The position numbers were made by a program, and so were the translations under genes. Under the pieces are notes generated by a model. That model saw only the letters and a program-made list of their open reading frames with translations, was not told the DNA's origin and did not search any database. From positions 1-64,000 of the IMG/VR virus record IMGVR_UViG_3300017613_000561: 64,000 bases of DNA; one strand, written 5' to 3'. Position 1 is the first letter of the stretch; each line of letters begins with the position of its first letter. The stretch comes from a virus. Of the stretch, positions 46,294 through 55,483 are shown piece after piece.

Positions 46294-46913
46294 CTCCGCA
46301 AGAATACGTCAGCAAGGTCATAACTTTTTCAGATAGGGCCTCATGGGAGATGGAAGTGCTCAGTGTTTTAGACTGGGCCAATGTCTGTGGGGTCTATGCT
46401 TTGGACTATGGTAGTGGTTCTGGAAAGCTATGCTCTATCCTGAAGCGGCACTATGACTTTCAGTATGTTTGTGGTGTTGACATAAACACTGGGTTGTTGG
46501 CATATGCCAGGAAGACATACCCAGCCTTTACGTTTACGAACCCCATAGCCTTGCTTAGCAGCCCAATGACCTATGATATGGTGACCATGTTTCATGTGTT
46601 GGGGCGTGTACCTAATCCAATAACCACTTTGCAGATGATCAGGAATGTTTTGGTCGATAGGGGTAGGTTGTTGATAGTGATTCCCAATAAGGTGTATGAC
46701 ACCCTGATGGTACCGTACAATACGGTTACGGGTTATAAGGGTGATCCTACTATTTGTCACAGCTGGACACGAAGAGAAGCCATGAAGCTATTGCGAGCTT
46801 GTGGGTTTATTGACCTGGAGTACACCTATTTTGGTGAGCCAGTTAAGGGGTTTCCAGATATCCCCTGTCTTAGGTCACGCATAGCTATTCATGGGGTTGT
46901 GGATGAGCGTTGA
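46290..46913 (+). CDS. class I SAM-dependent methyltransferase
   Basis: LDYGSGSG motif I, GVDIN, YDMVTMFHVL, GRLLIVIPN. Confidence 0.88.
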   Translation: MTPQEYVSKVITFSDRASWEMEVLSVLDWANVCGVYALDYGSGSGKLCSILKRHYDFQYVCGVDINTGLLAYARKTYPAFTFTNPIALLSSPMTYDMVTMFHVLGRVPNPITTLQMIRNVLVDRGRLLIVIPNKVYDTLMVPYNTVTGYKGDPTICHSWTRREAMKLLRACGFIDLEYTYFGEPVKGFPDIPCLRSRIAIHGVVDER

Positions 46914-47931
46914 AGGTAAGGTAGTGTTAGTCACAGGGGCAGGTGGGTCTATAGGAACCCGTCTGGTTAATGAGCTGTTGAATAACCCTAAGCCAAAGAG
47001 CCTTATACTTGTAGACCTGTGTGAGTACAATTTGTATCAGGTACAGCGAGTAGTCGAAGAATCCGGCGTAGCACTTAAGTGCAAGTACCTGTTGGCAGAC
47101 ATCCGGCACCGACATCTGATGGACTGTGTGTTTAGAGCAGAGGCCCCAGATGTGGTGTTTCACGCGGCAGCTCTGAAGCATGTTCCAATGTTGGAGACTC
47201 CGCATAATACGTTGGAGGCCATACGTACAAATATCCTGGGGACTAAGAATGTGCTGGACATGTCTGTGAGGTATGGAGCAGAACAGTTCCTACTGATATC
47301 GACAGATAAGGCCGTGAACCCTGTGTCCATGATGGGGGCCACCAAGACCTTTGCTGAGGGCTATGTGCGGGAGGCAGCTACATCAGTCAGCCTGAATGTG
47401 TCCATAGTGCGCTTCGGTAATGTTCTTGGTAGTTCCGGGTCAGTAGTGCCTCTGTTTGCTCGTCAGGTTGCTGAGGGCGGGCCTGTAACCGTAACGCATC
47501 CAGATATCATTAGGTATTTCATGTCTATAGATGATGCTGTGCGTTTAGTAGTTGAATCCGCACACCTGACGATAGCTTCGCATAAGACCTCATGCACTTA
47601 CGTGCTGAACATGGGAGATCCTGTGAAGATAGATGACTTGGCTAAGAAAATGATCTGGGAGTCGGGTAAGGATATAGCCATAAAGTACATAGGGCTCAGA
47701 GCCGGTGAGAAGATGGAGGAGGAGCTGCATTATGCTAATGAGTTCCTGGTACCGACAAGTCGTAAGAATATCAATATAGTACGGCAGAGCGACCACCTTA
47801 GAAGGGGGTTTGTTCGCGTAGCCAATGAGCTTGTTACCTTGTGTGATGAACGTGAGTTGCCTGATGCCTTTGTTGCCATTAAAGAAAAAGTTCCGTATCA
47901 AGGAGATACGATATTATGCGAGAGTTTGTAG
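46903..47931 (+). CDS. UDP-HexNAc 4,6-dehydratase (PglF/WbpM/CapD catalytic domain, soluble)
   Basis: VTGAGGSIG, HAAALKHVP, STDKAVNP..MGATK, VRFGNVLGSSGSVVP, RYFM, GEKMEEEL. Confidence 0.93.
   Translation: MSVEGKVVLVTGAGGSIGTRLVNELLNNPKPKSLILVDLCEYNLYQVQRVVEESGVALKCKYLLADIRHRHLMDCVFRAEAPDVVFHAAALKHVPMLETPHNTLEAIRTNILGTKNVLDMSVRYGAEQFLLISTDKAVNPVSMMGATKTFAEGYVREAATSVSLNVSIVRFGNVLGSSGSVVPLFARQVAEGGPVTVTHPDIIRYFMSIDDAVRLVVESAHLTIASHKTSCTYVLNMGDPVKIDDLAKKMIWESGKDIAIKYIGLRAGEKMEEELHYANEFLVPTSRKNINIVRQSDHLRRGFVRVANELVTLCDERELPDAFVAIKEKVPYQGDTILCESL
47071..47082. repeat. palindrome GCACTTAAGTGC
   Basis: exact copy inside dehydratase CDS. Confidence 0.9.
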
Positions 47932-48587
47932 TAACACATCACCAGCCTAGTTTCCTGCCTTGGGTTGGGTATTGGAACAAGATGGCAGTATGTACGCATT
48001 GGTCTTATTTGGTTGGTGTGGGCTTTGCAAAGAGGGATTACCAGAATAGGGTCGCCCTTAATGGTAGTTGGCTTACCGTTCCTGTAAGAGCTGGATTGAA
48101 CGAAAAAATACAAGATGTTTGTATTGCCGGTAAGTACAAGCACAAGATTGCGACCACGATCAAGCAGAACCTCATGAACAAGAAGATGCCCTACGGTCAC
48201 AGGCTGGAAGAGCTGGTGCATATCTTGGAGACAATAGAGCCTAAGTACTTGTATGAGCTATGCATGTCCATGGACGCTATGATTGTCGCTAGTTTGGGAC
48301 TTGAGAAAACGTACAGTTTGAGTGGTGCAGGTAATGTAGCTGGGGACACAAAGACCAAGGGTTTGTCCAGACGGTTAGCCAGTGAGTTCCCCCCGAATGT
48401 TGACACGTACCTGTTGGGGGCAGGAACCTCCTCGTATTTCGTAAAGGAGGAGTTCCAGTACGACTGTAAGTTGATGGTCCAGAAGATTGCTGGTTGGGCG
48501 GAGAAGGACACAATTCTGAAAGTCCTGGCTACTGTTAACGACCCGTTGTCCTATGTGATGGAAGCTGCTACGTGGGAGGAGCTATGA
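47916..48587 (+). CDS. WbqC-like protein (putative aminoacyl/glycyl transferase)
   Basis: HQPSFLPWVGYWNK, QNR, WLTVPV, YLLGAG. Confidence 0.85.
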   Translation: MREFVVTHHQPSFLPWVGYWNKMAVCTHWSYLVGVGFAKRDYQNRVALNGSWLTVPVRAGLNEKIQDVCIAGKYKHKIATTIKQNLMNKKMPYGHRLEELVHILETIEPKYLYELCMSMDAMIVASLGLEKTYSLSGAGNVAGDTKTKGLSRRLASEFPPNVDTYLLGAGTSSYFVKEEFQYDCKLMVQKIAGWAEKDTILKVLATVNDPLSYVMEAATWEEL

Positions 48588-49252
48588 AGAGCATATTGGT
48601 AATAGCACCGCATCCTGATGATGCAGAGTATGGTGTTGGTGGATACATAGCTAAGTGTGCGGGCGTAGCTAATGTGACCATAGCTACCATGTATGCTGGA
48701 GATTATCCCACGTATACTACGCACGTATTGGGGGAGGACCGTAAGAGCGAATCCCTTCAGGCAGCTAAAGTGCTGCACACCAGGATAATACATCTTGATG
48801 TGTGCAAGGATAATGACTACATGAACTACCTGGGGGAGCTTTGTCTAGCTGTAGATATGATGCTGGACAAGATAAGACCCGATGTCCTGTTTATTCCACT
48901 GCCCTCGTATAACCAGGATCATCAGGCGGTATACACAGCATGTATGGCTGCTACAAGGCCGGTAAAGGAGATACTGCCTCAGAAGATATATGCCTACGAG
49001 TACCCTATGCAGAATTGGGGGGCTGGAGCGGAGCAGCATGCCATCATGGGACGGACGTACATTCCGTTGAGTAACCATGACATGGACAAGAAGTTAGAAG
49101 CCCTGAGGTGTTACAAGTCCCAGTTAAGAAAAGATGAAGTGAACTTAAGTGCACTGGGCGGAGTAACTGCCTTGGCTCGCCTAAGAGGAGCAGAGTGTAG
49201 ACAGGTGTACGCTGAGTTGGTGTACCTCATAAAGAACAAGACGGAGATCTGA
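48584..49252 (+). CDS. PIG-L/LmbE family N-deacetylase
   Basis: ILVIAPHPDDAEYG, R..E, NQDH, KLEALRCYKSQ. Confidence 0.9.
   Translation: MKSILVIAPHPDDAEYGVGGYIAKCAGVANVTIATMYAGDYPTYTTHVLGEDRKSESLQAAKVLHTRIIHLDVCKDNDYMNYLGELCLAVDMMLDKIRPDVLFIPLPSYNQDHQAVYTACMAATRPVKEILPQKIYAYEYPMQNWGAGAEQHAIMGRTYIPLSNHDMDKKLEALRCYKSQLRKDEVNLSALGGVTALARLRGAECRQVYAELVYLIKNKTEI
49141..49152. repeat. palindrome family, variant GAACTTAAGTGC
   Basis: 1 mismatch; inside PIG-L CDS. Confidence 0.6.
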
Positions 49253-50746
49253 ATGTCCACTAAGATTTTGATTGATTCGATATACTCAGCAAGGCCCAGT
49301 CACTGCGCCTCGGCCGTTAAGATGTGGCGGTTCGTAGATTACGTACTGAATACGCAAGGTAGAACGGATGTATTTTTTTATTGGCTAATCCCAGAATGGT
49401 TGGAGGAGGAAGACCTAGCCTTCTACCCGGAACACGACAACGTAGTTTACCTTCAGTTTCCGTATCACCGGGGAGACAGGACCCGAGCGTATCTGGCATT
49501 CCCGGCAGAGTTGGATAGGCTGTTGGCCTTCAATGGGGTGGCCTGGGATTTCGATATTGTAATGACGAACCGAACAACTCAAGTACCCTTGATGAAGATG
49601 GTGATGTCCAGTCCAAGAGAGCCAACGAAGACATGGATGAAGAACGTCTTCCTGTTTGAGGAAATGCCCCTCATGGCCTTTAAGTCCACAGTAGCCATAT
49701 CGAATGTGCCGGTAACGGAGCGCATGACCATAGCGGGGCATCTAGCCGCAGACAGGACCGCTATAACGATCTCTCACGAAAGGGATGGTCTGATATCGGG
49801 GGCCAAGAGATATGTGCCTCCGTCCTCGGTCATGGAGCTGAGGGACAAGATTAAGGTAACAAGCCCGTCTTTGCTGGAAGATTTTGAGGAGAAAGATAAG
49901 AAGTACCGGTTTACCAAGGGGGAAGAGAAGTTTTGCCTAGCCTTCGTAGGTAGGGTGTCTGCTACAGATCATATCAGGGAAGTGTATGACACCATGGTTA
50001 AGCATTGGATCACGAAGGGAGATGACCGTATCAAATTGATAGTCTCCACTGTAACCCCCGTGTATAAGATTGAGCCGCCTGAAATGGTGGAGTACATAAA
50101 CTTGCCCAGAGATGAATTTTGGGAGGCGCTGAAAACAGAGATGCACTGCATTATGTACTTGGCTGAGGAGGCTGGGTTTGGCATGTCCCTAATGGAGCCC
50201 CTGATGTTTGGGGTACCAGTAGTGTTGATCAGAGCCCCGTGGTCAGAGGCTTTGGTAGGCAAGGATTACCCGCTGTTCATAGACACGGAGTCAAAGGCCT
50301 ATGGGATGGTGAAGGCTATCCATGATGACTACGAGGAGTATTACCGGCAGTTTATCCAGTGGCAACATGATGTACTGCAGCCTATGTTTCAGGAAGGTGG
50401 GCAGTATTCGCAGTCATTCTATGACTATATGTACAAGGGCCTGTTGGAGTTTGAAGAGATGTTGCCTGCCAGATATGCAGCAGAGCAGGCCAGTAAGCAG
50501 AATAACAACATAGTCCAGGCACTGCTAGACGGAGACCCTGAAGAGTTTGTTTTGTTTGATCGTATACGGGAGCTGGGTAAGAAAGGAGATCTCAAGTCCT
50601 TGCAGTCCAAGACCCGAGAGGGGGACAGGGACCGTAGGGGCCTAGTATGGTCAACGCCATGGAACGATATACGGATAGCCCTGAAGACATTCTTTGGGTA
50701 TGAGGACGCCAGTGTAACTGTTGGACATTTGAGGAAGGTAAAATGA
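49253..50746 (+). CDS. GT-B fold (GT4-like) glycosyltransferase with C-terminal extension
   Basis: LAFVGR; EAGFGMSLMEPLMFGVPVV nucleotide-sugar binding motif. Confidence 0.75.
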   Translation: MSTKILIDSIYSARPSHCASAVKMWRFVDYVLNTQGRTDVFFYWLIPEWLEEEDLAFYPEHDNVVYLQFPYHRGDRTRAYLAFPAELDRLLAFNGVAWDFDIVMTNRTTQVPLMKMVMSSPREPTKTWMKNVFLFEEMPLMAFKSTVAISNVPVTERMTIAGHLAADRTAITISHERDGLISGAKRYVPPSSVMELRDKIKVTSPSLLEDFEEKDKKYRFTKGEEKFCLAFVGRVSATDHIREVYDTMVKHWITKGDDRIKLIVSTVTPVYKIEPPEMVEYINLPRDEFWEALKTEMHCIMYLAEEAGFGMSLMEPLMFGVPVVLIRAPWSEALVGKDYPLFIDTESKAYGMVKAIHDDYEEYYRQFIQWQHDVLQPMFQEGGQYSQSFYDYMYKGLLEFEEMLPARYAAEQASKQNNNIVQALLDGDPEEFVLFDRIRELGKKGDLKSLQSKTREGDRDRRGLVWSTPWNDIRIALKTFFGYEDASVTVGHLRKVK

Positions 50747-51582
50747 GCACTGCGTATGATAAGACCAAGAATCATGAACGTATCTGGTTGCCGATACACC
50801 AGTTGGAGCCTAACCCAGATAACCCGAACAAGATGAGCCCCCGGGCCTTTGACTTGTTGGTAGACAACATAGAAAGCAAGGGCATGACTGAGGACATTGA
50901 GGTGCGGCGTATTGGTAAGGACCAGTACCGCATCATTGGTGGTCATCATAGGTGGGGAGCCTGCGAGTACTTGGGCTGGAAGGAAGTACCCTGTATTGTA
51001 AATACTGACCCAGATATGACTGACGAAGTGGAGAATTTCCAGGTAGTCAGGATGAACATGATCCATGGTAAGTTGGACCCAACCAAGTTCATGGCTATGT
51101 ATCAGAAGGTGTCAGAAAAGTACTCTGATGAGATACTGGCTGAGTCCTTTGGTTTTGCTGACGAAGCGGAGTTTGCTAAGTTGATCAAGCAGACAGCCAA
51201 CACGCTTCCCCCAGAGTTGAAGTCAAAGTTTAAGGAGGCAGCTGCGGAGATAAAGACAGTAGAAGATTTAGCCACAGTGCTGAATGAATTGTTGTTCACG
51301 TATGGAAACACTGTAGCCTATGGATACATGATCTTTGATTTCAACGGTAAGGAGTCTGTGTGGGTCAGGATGAACCCCAAGGATAAGGTTGCTGCTATGA
51401 AAGTAGGAGACCTGTGTAGGGCTAACTCCAGGATGATGGACTCAGTAGTGTCTGCTCTGTTTCAGCTAACCCAGGAGGAGGGTGATTTGGGGGATTCAGT
51501 ACGAGCCCATTTGTTAGATGTAACCCACCCAGAAGAAATTGATTTGTCTGCTACATGGCCGACACAGGATCAGTTGAATTGA
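50743..51582 (+). CDS. ParB/Srx N-terminal domain protein
   Basis: LEPNPDNPN, IEVR, YRIIGGHHRW, RMNMIHG. Confidence 0.85.
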   Translation: MSTAYDKTKNHERIWLPIHQLEPNPDNPNKMSPRAFDLLVDNIESKGMTEDIEVRRIGKDQYRIIGGHHRWGACEYLGWKEVPCIVNTDPDMTDEVENFQVVRMNMIHGKLDPTKFMAMYQKVSEKYSDEILAESFGFADEAEFAKLIKQTANTLPPELKSKFKEAAAEIKTVEDLATVLNELLFTYGNTVAYGYMIFDFNGKESVWVRMNPKDKVAAMKVGDLCRANSRMMDSVVSALFQLTQEEGDLGDSVRAHLLDVTHPEEIDLSATWPTQDQLN

Positions 51583-52280
51583 AAGTAACGAAGGCCAATA
51601 AGTATGCTCCTATACGTAGCATGGGGGCAGATAAAGTAGACCGCATGGAGGTGATGCTGGTGCAAGGTATGTCTTGCCCCAAGGTAGCTAAGAAGATTCA
51701 AGACGAATGGAAACTACTGCAGGACATAAAGACAGGCACGTTGACCAAACAGATACTACGCTATAAGAAAGAAGTGCTGGATTCTAAGCTACATAGCAAG
51801 TTATTGATCAAGACAACGGAGGACAATAAAGATACGAAGGGTACAGATGTAAAGCAGTACAAGACTGTAATCAAAACGACCACCAAGCTTGATGTGATAG
51901 ACGCACTGGAGGATTTGATACTGCTGCAGAACCATAGGGTAGCTAAGGTGTTCACCATGGAGGAGAGTTTGCCTACGTTGATGGGCACTCTACGCTATGA
52001 ATTGAAAGAGCTGCGAGACATGATAAAGCAGTTATCAGACTTAAAATTTGACTTAGGACTGGTAAAAAGACAACCTAAGAAGATTGTTGGATCTATAGAC
52101 TTGCATTCACCAGAAGTTTTAGAGGATGAAGATGTACTTTCCAAGATGCTCGCAGATAAGGGGGCCATGGATGATGCAACCACGGAAGTGTTTGCAGCCT
52201 TAGAAGCTATGGTGAAAGAAGCCGGGGAGATTGAGGATGGAGAGTTTACTGACTGCGTACCCACTGACGGGGACAGTTGA
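51555..52280 (+). CDS. putative terminase small subunit
   Basis: N-terminal HTH-like segment, helical body, acidic tail; directly upstream of TerL; start uncertain. Confidence 0.55.
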   Translation: MADTGSVELKVTKANKYAPIRSMGADKVDRMEVMLVQGMSCPKVAKKIQDEWKLLQDIKTGTLTKQILRYKKEVLDSKLHSKLLIKTTEDNKDTKGTDVKQYKTVIKTTTKLDVIDALEDLILLQNHRVAKVFTMEESLPTLMGTLRYELKELRDMIKQLSDLKFDLGLVKRQPKKIVGSIDLHSPEVLEDEDVLSKMLADKGAMDDATTEVFAALEAMVKEAGEIEDGEFTDCVPTDGDS

Positions 52281-54183
52281 GCAGCAAAGATTTATATTTT
52301 ACGCCCGCAAATGTATAGCCCAGTTTTATGGTATGCGGGCTGAGAGGATCATAGATAAGGTCGAGGTTATCCAGGTGCTGGAGACCAAGATCAAGTTTTA
52401 TCTCAAAGTAGTAACCGACATCAAGAACAAGAGTTTCGCCTTTGCAGACTCCGAGCTTAAGAAGAAGGATATGTATGAGGTGCCCCCGGTGCCCATCCGG
52501 GATTTCCTGTTACGCCCGTTCTACCTGAACCTTGAAGGGCAGATATACCCCGAAGTAATGACTGCCATGGAAGACCTGAATGGTGGTGGGTATGTAGAGG
52601 CAGTACTGACCGGTGCTATTGGTACTGCCAAGACCACTATCGCAGTATGGACCATGGCGTATCAGTTGTACCTTCTGTCCTGCATGGAGAACCCCCAGAA
52701 GACCTTTGGACTGGAACGGGCCTCGGAGATTCTGCTGATATTCCAGTCGATAACCAAGGAGTTGGCTAAGGGGGTTGATTATGCTCGCTTCAAGGCCCTG
52801 CTGGAGAACAGCCCGTACTTCCAGAGGCACTTCGCCTACGATAAGAACATAGAGTCGGAGCTTAGATTTCCGAACCGTATCATTGTTAAGCCTGTGTCGG
52901 GATCAGACACTGCTGCCATTGGTCAGAACGTGATGGGCGGTATCATTGATGAGCTGAACTACATGGCTGTAGTGGAGAACTCCAAGGCCAGTGTGGATGG
53001 GGGGGAGTACGATCAGGCAATCGCGGTGTACAACTCCATAGCTCGTAGACGTAAGTCCAGGTTTATGCAGCAGGGGGCACTGCCAGGAATCCTGTGCCTT
53101 GTCTCGTCCAAGCGGTACCCGGGCCAGTTCACTGACCTTAAGCAGGAAGAGGCCAAGAATGATCCTACGATCTACGTGTATGACAAGCGAGTATGGGACA
53201 TTAAGCCAGATGCCTTTTCTAACGTGTGGTTCCAGGTGTTTGCAGGGGATGAGTCCAGGCACCCACGTATTATTGAAGAAGATGAGATTGTTGATGTCTC
53301 CGACAGGGATTTGATTATAGATATTCCTGAAGAGTACAGGATGGAGTTTGATCAGGATATCATCAATGCCCTGCGTGAAATCGCAGGTATGTCTACGCTG
53401 GCAAGACATCCGTTTATCATGAACACCGATTCCATTGCTGCCTGTATGACTAATGATCGTCCGATAGTGAACAAGCACTGGGTAGACTTCAGATTTGAAA
53501 AGCTGGGGATTTACCAAGGTAGGTTTGCGGATCTGAATCGTCCACGATGGGCTCATGTCGATCTGGGGCTCACAGCTGACTCGGCCGGTATATGCATAGG
53601 GTATGTCAAGGGGTTCAAGAAAGTAGACCGGGGAGACCACTACGAAGTACTGCCGGAGATAGTAGTAGATGCCTTGCTTGAAGTGAGGCCCCCTAAAGGT
53701 GGGGAGATCCAGTTCCATAAGATCAGAAGCCTGTTCTATAAGCTGATAAGTATGGGGTACCCGTTGAAGTGGGTGAGTTATGACAGCTATCAGTCTACGG
53801 ACTCCATGCAGATGCTGCGTAGTAAAGGTCTGGTGTCTGGGCATGTCTCCATGGACATCACCCGGGACCCGTATGAGATCACCAAGACAGCACTGTACGA
53901 TCACAGGTTGTCGATACCGTTTCATGCAAAGCTACGTAAAGAACTAGCCTCGCTTGAGGACGACCCCAAGACCGGAGATATAGATCACCCGCCCAACGGG
54001 TCTAAGGATGTGGCCGATGCCCTTGCAGGTGTAGTGTCGGGCCTCACAACCAGAAGAGAGATCTGGGTGCAGCACAAGATACCGACAGGGCAGATACCGA
54101 CTTGGCTGACGACACCCAAGAAGGACAATATGAAAGCAGCACACGCCAAGGATATAGGTGACGATATTTCCGAAGTGATGTAA
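52237..54183 (+). CDS. terL: terminase large subunit
   Basis: Walker A GAIGTAKTT, Walker B IIDE, nuclease HVDLG and DHPPNGSKDVADALAG. Confidence 0.88.
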   Translation: MESLLTAYPLTGTVEQQRFIFYARKCIAQFYGMRAERIIDKVEVIQVLETKIKFYLKVVTDIKNKSFAFADSELKKKDMYEVPPVPIRDFLLRPFYLNLEGQIYPEVMTAMEDLNGGGYVEAVLTGAIGTAKTTIAVWTMAYQLYLLSCMENPQKTFGLERASEILLIFQSITKELAKGVDYARFKALLENSPYFQRHFAYDKNIESELRFPNRIIVKPVSGSDTAAIGQNVMGGIIDELNYMAVVENSKASVDGGEYDQAIAVYNSIARRRKSRFMQQGALPGILCLVSSKRYPGQFTDLKQEEAKNDPTIYVYDKRVWDIKPDAFSNVWFQVFAGDESRHPRIIEEDEIVDVSDRDLIIDIPEEYRMEFDQDIINALREIAGMSTLARHPFIMNTDSIAACMTNDRPIVNKHWVDFRFEKLGIYQGRFADLNRPRWAHVDLGLTADSAGICIGYVKGFKKVDRGDHYEVLPEIVVDALLEVRPPKGGEIQFHKIRSLFYKLISMGYPLKWVSYDSYQSTDSMQMLRSKGLVSGHVSMDITRDPYEITKTALYDHRLSIPFHAKLRKELASLEDDPKTGDIDHPPNGSKDVADALAGVVSGLTTRREIWVQHKIPTGQIPTWLTTPKKDNMKAAHAKDIGDDISEVM

Positions 54184-54184
54184 T

Positions 54185-54196
54185 GCACTCAAGTGC
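54185..54196. repeat. palindrome family, variant GCACTCAAGTGC
   Basis: immediately after terL stop. Confidence 0.8.
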
Positions 54197-54393
54197 AGAG
54201 GTGGACCATGGGTTGGTACAGTGTAGATCTGATCATGATATGTGGTGGCATGTTGTCTGTGTACTATCTGAGAACAGCCCGTAAGGATATGTGGTACCCA
54301 GAAAGGATGCTGTATTCCTGCGGTATAGTGGTAGGCGTCATTGGGCTGATATCCTTGATAACCAGGGTGTCGATATATGTAAATAACATTTGA
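54193..54393 (+). CDS. small membrane protein
   Basis: two hydrophobic segments; start possibly 54208. Confidence 0.4.
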   Translation: MQRWTMGWYSVDLIMICGGMLSVYYLRTARKDMWYPERMLYSCGIVVGVIGLISLITRVSIYVNNI

Positions 54394-54418
54394 CAAACCT
54401 AGGCTATAGATATATAGT
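54390..54418 (+). promoter_or_regulatory. sigma70-type promoter (TTTGACAAAC family)
   Basis: TTGACA-17-TATAGT. Confidence 0.75.
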
Positions 54419-54462
54419 TAAGAAACATTTGAAGAAGGCCTCGTAACTAAAGTAAATATAGT

Positions 54463-54491
54463 TTGACAAACGCTCCTATCTAGGGTACGAT
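54463..54491 (+). promoter_or_regulatory. sigma70-type promoter (TTTGACAAAC family)
   Basis: TTGACA-17-TACGAT. Confidence 0.75.
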
Positions 54492-54531
54492 TAAGACAGT
54501 AATTAATCAACCCAAGCTAGGAGCGTTTTTT

Positions 54532-54759
54532 ATGGCTAGATACTATTGTTTCCGCAAGTTTGTAAGACCAGTGCACTATCCGGCTGGCACTAAGTTTCCA
54601 GTCCACAAGCCCCTCGGCCATATTGATGTAGCCAGTGGCTTGTCCCCTTCCAAGTTGAAAGCAGAGGCGGAGAAGGTCTTTGGCCCTTCTATTGTACTGG
54701 ACGATGAGGGTAATGAATGGCAGCTGACCATGGGATACACAGGTGAAGTCAATGATTAA
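54532..54759 (+). CDS. hypothetical early protein
   Basis: AAGCTAGGAGC RBS. Confidence 0.55.
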   Translation: MARYYCFRKFVRPVHYPAGTKFPVHKPLGHIDVASGLSPSKLKAEAEKVFGPSIVLDDEGNEWQLTMGYTGEVND

Positions 54760-55000
54760 AAAGAGATTGAAGAAAGTCAAGCTGACCAAGGCCGATAGCC
54801 CCCTGGATTATGTGATAGCCAACGACATTTATGCCCAGGACCTGGATGCATTGGTGCATGATGTAGCTACAAGGGAGGCCACAAGAACGAACAATCAGGG
54901 TGTTGTGTCTCAGCTCCGGTACCTACAGGGAAAGTTGGGACCGGGAGGGTTGAAGAAAGCCCTTAAAGAGATTCATGAGGGGAACACCACGGCGGTATGA
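54752..55000 (+). CDS. hypothetical early protein
   Basis: coupled ORF. Confidence 0.5.
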   Translation: MIKKRLKKVKLTKADSPLDYVIANDIYAQDLDALVHDVATREATRTNNQGVVSQLRYLQGKLGPGGLKKALKEIHEGNTTAV

Positions 55001-55013
55001 TTAGAAATAATAT

Positions 55014-55042
55014 TTGACAAACGCATCTAACTGTGTTACGAT
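55014..55042 (+). promoter_or_regulatory. sigma70-type promoter (TTTGACAAAC family)
   Basis: TTGACA-17-TACGAT with extended -10 TG. Confidence 0.75.
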
Positions 55043-55106
55043 AAGATAATACCAAAATAATTTTTTGGTAGATCGCTCTTTAACAACACGCATGGAGGTA
55101 AATGAT

Positions 55107-55433
55107 ATGACTACGTTTGTAGCTTTAGATATGAATGGTTGGGGCAAGGCTAGTAATCATCACGCTGCTGTATCTAACTTGTTAGTATCCAATAATCATG
55201 ATTTGCAAGGGAAGATCCTTACAGTCCTGGAATTGAAAACTGAGATGAACATGGTTAGTGTAACTGGTATGGGTACAGTGAATTATCCTGAGGGGACTTT
55301 GGTGGCAACACATACATACCCTATCACTAATAAGTTAGTGCGGGGTCTGCACAAAGTAGATGAGAAGCATGGGGATTATATTATTGCTCTGGAAGATGTA
55401 GTTGAGGGTATAATTGAAAAGACAACCGGATAG
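55107..55433 (+). CDS. hypothetical early protein
   Basis: GGAGG RBS. Confidence 0.55.
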   Translation: MTTFVALDMNGWGKASNHHAAVSNLLVSNNHDLQGKILTVLELKTEMNMVSVTGMGTVNYPEGTLVATHTYPITNKLVRGLHKVDEKHGDYIIALEDVVEGIIEKTTG

Positions 55434-55446
55434 TGTGTAGTACTTT

Positions 55447-55473
55447 GGCGGGGATCTCCCCCCGCCTTTTTTT
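55447..55473 (+). terminator. Rho-independent terminator
   Basis: ggcgggg-atctcc-ccccgcc followed by T7. Confidence 0.75.
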
Positions 55474-55483
55474 GGAGGAGGTT

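Noticed and set aside
49250-49255. Readthrough fusion of PIG-L and glycosyltransferase (in-frame TGA-ATG)
   Set aside because: Both ORFs look like complete domains and a GGAG RBS precedes the ATG; ordinary translational coupling explains it
45148-50746. O-antigen/serotype-conversion cassette
   Set aside because: No membrane proteins, flippase or GtrAB-type genes, and the cluster is embedded in the terminase operon; not excluded but less likely
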